From: Felis catus
Taxonomy: Eukaryota
Assembly (NCBI RefSeq): GCF_018350175.1
Contig: NC_058368.1
Coordinates: forward strand, 187,180,001-187,240,000
Direction of reading: 5' to 3'
Length of the DNA: 60,000 nt
Shown here: one piece after another, positions 59,801-60,000 of the stretch
Numbering within the stretch: the first letter of the stretch is position 1
Layout: each line of letters begins with the position of its first letter
Notes under the pieces: model-generated
Database searches by the model: none
What the model was told of the DNA's origin: nothing
Seen by the model: only the letters and a program-made list of their open reading frames with translations
Translations under genes and position numbers: made by a program

Positions 59801-60000
59801 TTTGAGAGAGAGAGACAGAGAGAGACAGAGACAGAGACAGAGCATGAATGGGAGTGGGGCAGAGAGAGAGGGAGACACAGAATCTGAAGCAGGTTCCAGA
59901 CTTTGAGCTGTCAGCACAGAGCCCTACACCAGGCTCCAATCCATGAACCATGAGATCATGACCTGAGCTGAAGTCAGATGCTTAAATACTTAGGTTTATT
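56891..60000 (-). mobile_element. Old L1M (L1MB7/8-like), 3' end plus degraded ORF2, running off the window
   Basis: 'cagcttcagtgaggtataattt...aaccactgatgttctttctgtcactacagat...catataaatggaatcata' 3'UTR followed by ORF2 relic. Confidence 0.88.
59787..59985 (-). mobile_element. 5'-truncated Can-SINE nested in L1M
   Basis: Reverse SINE that stops at 'agatgcttaa'; flanks ATACTTATGTGTTTT / ATACTTAGGTTTATT look like a diverged TSD. Confidence 0.92.

Noticed and set aside
258..59887. Short ORFs (60-140 aa) in the six-frame track as host genes
   Set aside because: They overlap SINEs, L1s, LTRs or low-complexity DNA, many use non-ATG starts, and none resembles a known host protein; this is expected noise in mammalian non-coding DNA
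2116..59985. SINE heads as tRNA genes, or recurring SINE/TSD units as a CRISPR-like array
   Set aside because: The heads are tRNA-derived Can-SINE promoters followed by CT tracts and A tails; the repeats are dispersed retroposons with no regular repeat-spacer period

Overview
Mammalian, AT-rich, CpG-poor non-coding DNA from a cat-family (Felidae, probably Felinae) genome, identified by young SINEC_Fc-type Can-SINEs and felid L1 3' ends. I see no recognisable host protein-coding exon, RNA gene, CpG island or prokaryote-type system, and almost every ORF in the track is spurious or TE-derived. The window is a layered transposable-element fossil record. It holds 14 Can-SINEs (most with target-site duplications, TSDs), a full-length but dead ~6.7 kb L1 nested in an older L1, a full-length dead Tigger1, old L1M pieces, many MaLR (MLT1) solo LTRs, MER20/MER102 hAT elements, L2, MIR and CR1/L3 relics, and microsatellites. 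LTRs and L1s lie mostly on the minus strand, which suggests an intron of a long plus-strand gene (inference). The best second-look items are two independent cases of a young SINE re-using an older SINE's target site, neighbour-shared SINE variants, a TSD-less L1 fragment, a perfect RFX X-box beside an HRE core, and several splice-signal candidates. None of these is evidence of a new biological system. Subfamily names come from visual recall of consensus sequences, and boundaries of old repeats are approximate.
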